This document shows positions 35,791 to 39,238 of a stretch of DNA of 39,238 bases, piece after piece. The notes beneath the pieces are model-generated. The model did not search any database. It saw only the letters and a program-made list of their open reading frames with translations, and was not told the origin of the DNA. Position 1 is the stretch's first letter; each line of letters opens with the position of its first letter. The translations under genes and the position numbers were made by a program. The stretch is from positions 1-39,238 of the IMG/VR virus record IMGVR_UViG_3300022181_000125. One strand, 5' to 3'. Source of the stretch: a virus (lineage: Duplodnaviria; Caudoviricetes).

Positions 35791-37782
35791 ATGGAAGAGA
35801 TAAAATCACTGTCTCTTGACCTGGAAACCTACTCGGACGTGGACCTTGGCAAGTGCGGTGTTTATCGTTATGCGGAATCTCCACGCTTTGAAGTGCTCTT
35901 GTTTGGCTATGCAGTGAATGGCGGCAAGGTACACGTTATTGATCTGGCTTTAGGCGAGAAAATACCGGAAGAGATCGTGAACGCACTAACCGACGATACC
36001 ATAACAAAATGGGCTTTTAATGCTTCCTTCGAGCGGATCTGTTTATCCTATTGGCTTCGCAGGTACTGCCCAGATAAATTTTTCAGCTACAGCATCCAGG
36101 AGGACACGGTTGGAGCGTATCTTGACCCCTCTTCGTGGCGCTGCAGCATGATATGGTCTGCCTATATGGGCTTACCGCTTTCACTTGAAGGTGTGGGTGC
36201 AGTGCTGAAACTCGGCGAGCAAAAGTTAAAAGAAGGCAAAGACCTCATTCGCTACTTCTGTATTCCATGTAAGCCTACCATCGTCAATGGTGGCCGAACT
36301 CGAAACCTACCTGAACATGATATGACCAAATGGTCCCTATTTAAGAAGTACAATATCCGAGATGTCGAAGCGGAACAGGCCCTGAAGAAGCGCTTAGAAA
36401 GCTATCCGGTACCTGAGTTTGTTTGGGATGAATACCATCTGGATCAGGAGATTAATGACAGAGGTATTCTGCTTGATATGGGCGTCGTTAAAAATGCCAT
36501 CATCATCGATGAGAAATCCAAAGAAGAAATCACTGCCGCCATGAGGGAGCGTACCAACCTTGATAATCCAAATAGCGTCCTGCAGGTAAAACAGTGGCTT
36601 TCTGATAGCGGAATAGAAACCGAGTCTCTTGGCAAAAAGAATGTCGCAGCCCTTATAAAGACGGTACCTGAGGATCAACGTGACGTGCTTCTCCTTCGCC
36701 AGCAGCTTGCAAAAAGCAGCATCAAAAAATATCAGGCCATGCGAAATACCGTCTGCACGGATGGCAGGGCTCGCGGCATGTTTCAATATTTCGGTGCTTC
36801 CCGTTCTGGTCGCTGGGCAGGCAGGCATATACAATTGCAAAACCTTCCTCAGAATCATCTCCCTGATTTGGAAGATGCACGGTCCCTTGTTAAGCTAGGA
36901 GATTATGATGCCGTAAAACTTCTTTATGATGATGTGCCGGATACCCTCTCTCAGCTTATCCGCACTGCTTTTATTCCTAAGCCAGGACACAAATTTATTG
37001 TGTGCGACTTCAGTGCGATCGAGGCTAGAGTTCTATCTTTTTTAGCCGGGGAAAAATGGCGACTAGATGTATTTGAAAACGATGGTGATATCTACTGCGC
37101 TTCTGCTTCTGCTATGTTTCATGTACCGGTTGAGAAGCATGGTGTGAACAGCCATCTTCGTCAAAAGGGAAAAATCGCAGAATTGGCTCTTGGATATGGC
37201 GGCAGCACCGGTGCCCTCAAGGCTATGGGAGCGCTAGACATGGGCCTTACTGAAGACGAATTGCAGCCGCTGGTTGATTCTTGGAGAACTTCGAACCCCA
37301 ACATCACGAAGCTTTGGTGGGATGTTGATAGGACCGTTAAAGAGGCGGTTCGCTTACGAACACATACTAAAACACATGGCATTAAATTCTACTACCAAAA
37401 GGGAATGCTGTTTATTGAGCTTCCTTCCGGCAGGAGGCTCTCCTATGTAAAGCCCAAGATCGAACCAAACCAGTTCGGTGGCGAGTCGGTTACCTACGAA
37501 GGCACCGGAAACACAAAAAAATGGGAACGCATCGAAAGTTACGGTCCAAAATTCGTTGAAAATATCGTCCAAGCCATAAGTAGAGATATCCTGGCCTACG
37601 CCATGAAAGCACTCCGTCACTGCTTTATCTGTGGACATGTCCATGACGAACTAATTATCGAATCCAGCATGGGCGTTTCCCTTGACGCCGTTTGTGAACA
37701 GATGGGAAGAACACCACCTTGGATCAAAGGTTTAGCACTTAGAGCCGACGGCTATGAAACCATGTTTTATAAGAAAGATTAA
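35791..37782 (+). CDS. Phage family A DNA polymerase with 3'-5' exonuclease
   Basis: DLET, AFNASFE, YN..D exonuclease motifs; SGRW, QLQN, DFSAIEAR motif A, R..GK...LALGYG motif B, HVHDE motif C. Confidence 0.95.
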   Translation: MEEIKSLSLDLETYSDVDLGKCGVYRYAESPRFEVLLFGYAVNGGKVHVIDLALGEKIPEEIVNALTDDTITKWAFNASFERICLSYWLRRYCPDKFFSYSIQEDTVGAYLDPSSWRCSMIWSAYMGLPLSLEGVGAVLKLGEQKLKEGKDLIRYFCIPCKPTIVNGGRTRNLPEHDMTKWSLFKKYNIRDVEAEQALKKRLESYPVPEFVWDEYHLDQEINDRGILLDMGVVKNAIIIDEKSKEEITAAMRERTNLDNPNSVLQVKQWLSDSGIETESLGKKNVAALIKTVPEDQRDVLLLRQQLAKSSIKKYQAMRNTVCTDGRARGMFQYFGASRSGRWAGRHIQLQNLPQNHLPDLEDARSLVKLGDYDAVKLLYDDVPDTLSQLIRTAFIPKPGHKFIVCDFSAIEARVLSFLAGEKWRLDVFENDGDIYCASASAMFHVPVEKHGVNSHLRQKGKIAELALGYGGSTGALKAMGALDMGLTEDELQPLVDSWRTSNPNITKLWWDVDRTVKEAVRLRTHTKTHGIKFYYQKGMLFIELPSGRRLSYVKPKIEPNQFGGESVTYEGTGNTKKWERIESYGPKFVENIVQAISRDILAYAMKALRHCFICGHVHDELIIESSMGVSLDAVCEQMGRTPPWIKGLALRADGYETMFYKKD

Positions 37783-37910
37783 GAAAAAAATGGCACGATA
37801 GACCTGTATTGAAATCATGAAAGATTTTTCATATATCTTTTTGGAAAATATGTTAATAAATAAGTCACCAGCATCCCTTAATAGGTCTATATTCCTGCTG
37901 ATATTGATAC

Positions 37911-37951
37911 AAAAAAAGCCCTCTCCGGCGCAAGTGTGCCGGAAAAGGCTT
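37911..37951 (-). terminator. Intrinsic terminator downstream of hsdS
   Basis: AAGCCUUUUCCGGCAC...GCGCCGGAGAGGGCUU running into a 7-U tract. Confidence 0.7.
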
Positions 37952-37961
37952 GAACCAAGTG

Positions 37962-38009
37962 CTTCCGATGCTCCACATCTTTTCAATGCGAGCTTCGGAA
38001 GTTCTTTTT
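37962..38009 (+). terminator. Hairpin, possible plus-strand terminator for the polymerase operon
   Basis: CTTCCGA.GCTC...GAGC.TCGGAAG followed by TTCTTTTT. Confidence 0.45.
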
Positions 38010-38110
38010 CAGTCTATTTGATTTGTCGCGTCAGCCATAGATTTTGAGTTTACTTATCCTGCATAATCTGAAGCTGAGGGATAATTAAAAAGTGTGGCAA
38101 AATTAAAGGT

Positions 38111-39238
38111 TTAGCCTGTTATGTTGGCTTGCCCATTCATAAGAATTGGGAGTAGCCACTCTCTGAAGGCGATGAGCTGCTGAGACTCTCGGGTATTTTC
38201 AGAAATCAACTCCAGATATGGCTGGACAATGCTATTAAAATACTCAAGTTCATGATCAAGCGGTATATAAATTGGCCTGTCTTTAAGAAGTGGTTTTTGC
38301 AAATGCTTAAGTCCGGTTCCCTGGAAAAACTTTTTATCTAGCTCAGGCTTTATGCTCTCTAAAAACATATAAAGATAGTCAGATAACAAGTCGGTCCCGG
38401 TAATACACCATGTGTCTGTTGAATATGCAGCCTTACCTACGTAAAACTTTATATCCGCATTCCCACCAGTGTTTAAATAACAGTTCCTTCCATCAACGAC
38501 CGGCTCATACCACGTTAAGATAGCATCCCCGCTTGTAAAAAATGGGTAGTTTCCATCTTTGCCCTTTGCTTCACCAACTTGTATAGTTGATTTTGGGTTT
38601 TCGATAATAATATCTTCAAGTTTCCCATTATAAGTCTTGTCGAAAAATAGATGCATAAATATTTCATATGCCATCAACTGTAAATGTTCCTTTGTTTTGT
38701 TATTACACATTATTTTTTTATCAAGTGAAGATAAAATACTAACTAATTTGTCTTGATACTCTTTCTTAGGTATTTTGAACTTTAGTGACATGAGATATTC
38801 AAGATTAATATTATCTTGAATGCTTCCACTAGCTGCATTTTGTATGGAATTTCGAATGTATTCGAAAAGATAATGCATGAATAATTCAGAAGTTTCCTTC
38901 TGATAAGCTTGAAAACCAACAACACTATCAGGGAAACACATGGGGTAATCAAGTATCGCAGTCTCTGCAATATTCGCAGCGATTGTGATGCATAGTGTTC
39001 CTGCATCCCACAGTTTACTCTGTTTTAATCCGAAGTCATTATATAGCTGTGTGTGTTTAGTTAAATATAAATTAGCAGCTTTTATTTCTCCAGTTTGAAC
39101 TAATGGATACTTACCATTGTCAAATAAACGTGGGTCGTTGCGTGGTCTGTGTTTTGAAATACCTCGAGAAAACTTACCCAGTTCATCTAACTTTTTAGTA
39201 TCCCAATCTTGATTATATCTGCCTCCATTATATATCAT
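38111..39238 (-). CDS. hsdS: Type I restriction-modification specificity subunit
   Basis: Two TRD-like regions (W..KKL.EL; KLEDI), IP..EYQ.K...LS.LD.KI..N central helix, LLP.LM.GQ C-terminus; the start is at the window edge. Confidence 0.9.
   Translation of the reverse strand: MIYNGGRYNQDWDTKKLDELGKFSRGISKHRPRNDPRLFDNGKYPLVQTGEIKAANLYLTKHTQLYNDFGLKQSKLWDAGTLCITIAANIAETAILDYPMCFPDSVVGFQAYQKETSELFMHYLFEYIRNSIQNAASGSIQDNINLEYLMSLKFKIPKKEYQDKLVSILSSLDKKIMCNNKTKEHLQLMAYEIFMHLFFDKTYNGKLEDIIIENPKSTIQVGEAKGKDGNYPFFTSGDAILTWYEPVVDGRNCYLNTGGNADIKFYVGKAAYSTDTWCITGTDLLSDYLYMFLESIKPELDKKFFQGTGLKHLQKPLLKDRPIYIPLDHELEYFNSIVQPYLELISENTRESQQLIAFREWLLPILMNGQANITG

Larger units (their letters stand above)
1..37782. 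mobile_element. Temperate siphovirus-type prophage (boundaries not visible)
   Basis: Complete replication, packaging, head, tail, lysis and recombinase modules; the recombinase cluster runs off the left edge. Confidence 0.95.

Noticed and set aside
37783-38110. Structured ncRNA or short ORFs (37732..37986, 37817..38047) between polymerase and hsdS
   Set aside because: The two hairpins are explained as convergent terminators; the ORFs run through them and show no recognisable motifs.

Overview
The window is almost entirely a temperate siphovirus-type prophage of a Clostridia-like (Bacillota) host. Most genes lie on the minus strand and read right to left: DUF4406-like gene, P4/D5 primase-helicase, VRR-NUC, HNH, SNF2 helicase, DUF1492-type activator, packaging HNH, TerS, MetK, ParB-methyltransferase, small conserved genes, TerL, an AT-rich four-gene insert, portal, Clp protease, HK97 capsid, head-tail genes, tail, holin, amidase and serine recombinases. 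A divergent plus-strand block (DUF2800, DUF2815, family A DNA polymerase) follows, then a type I R-M hsdS at the right edge. The most striking feature is in the SNF2 helicase. It is interrupted inside its Walker A motif (DMGLG-KT) by 10 extra nt arranged as Gly codon GGC, stop TGA, AATA, Gly codon GGT. A 15-bp mRNA hairpin ends at the GGC codon, and a free-standing HNH endonuclease gene overlaps the helicase start codon. This resembles the T4 gene 60/MobA ribosomal-bypass plus homing-endonuclease cassette. The second highlight is a moron between terL and portal (RHH regulator, RuvC-like protein, non-RD Hanks kinase, small basic protein) with its own promoter, palindromic operator and terminator, a candidate anti-phage system. 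All family calls come from motif recognition by eye; no searches were run.
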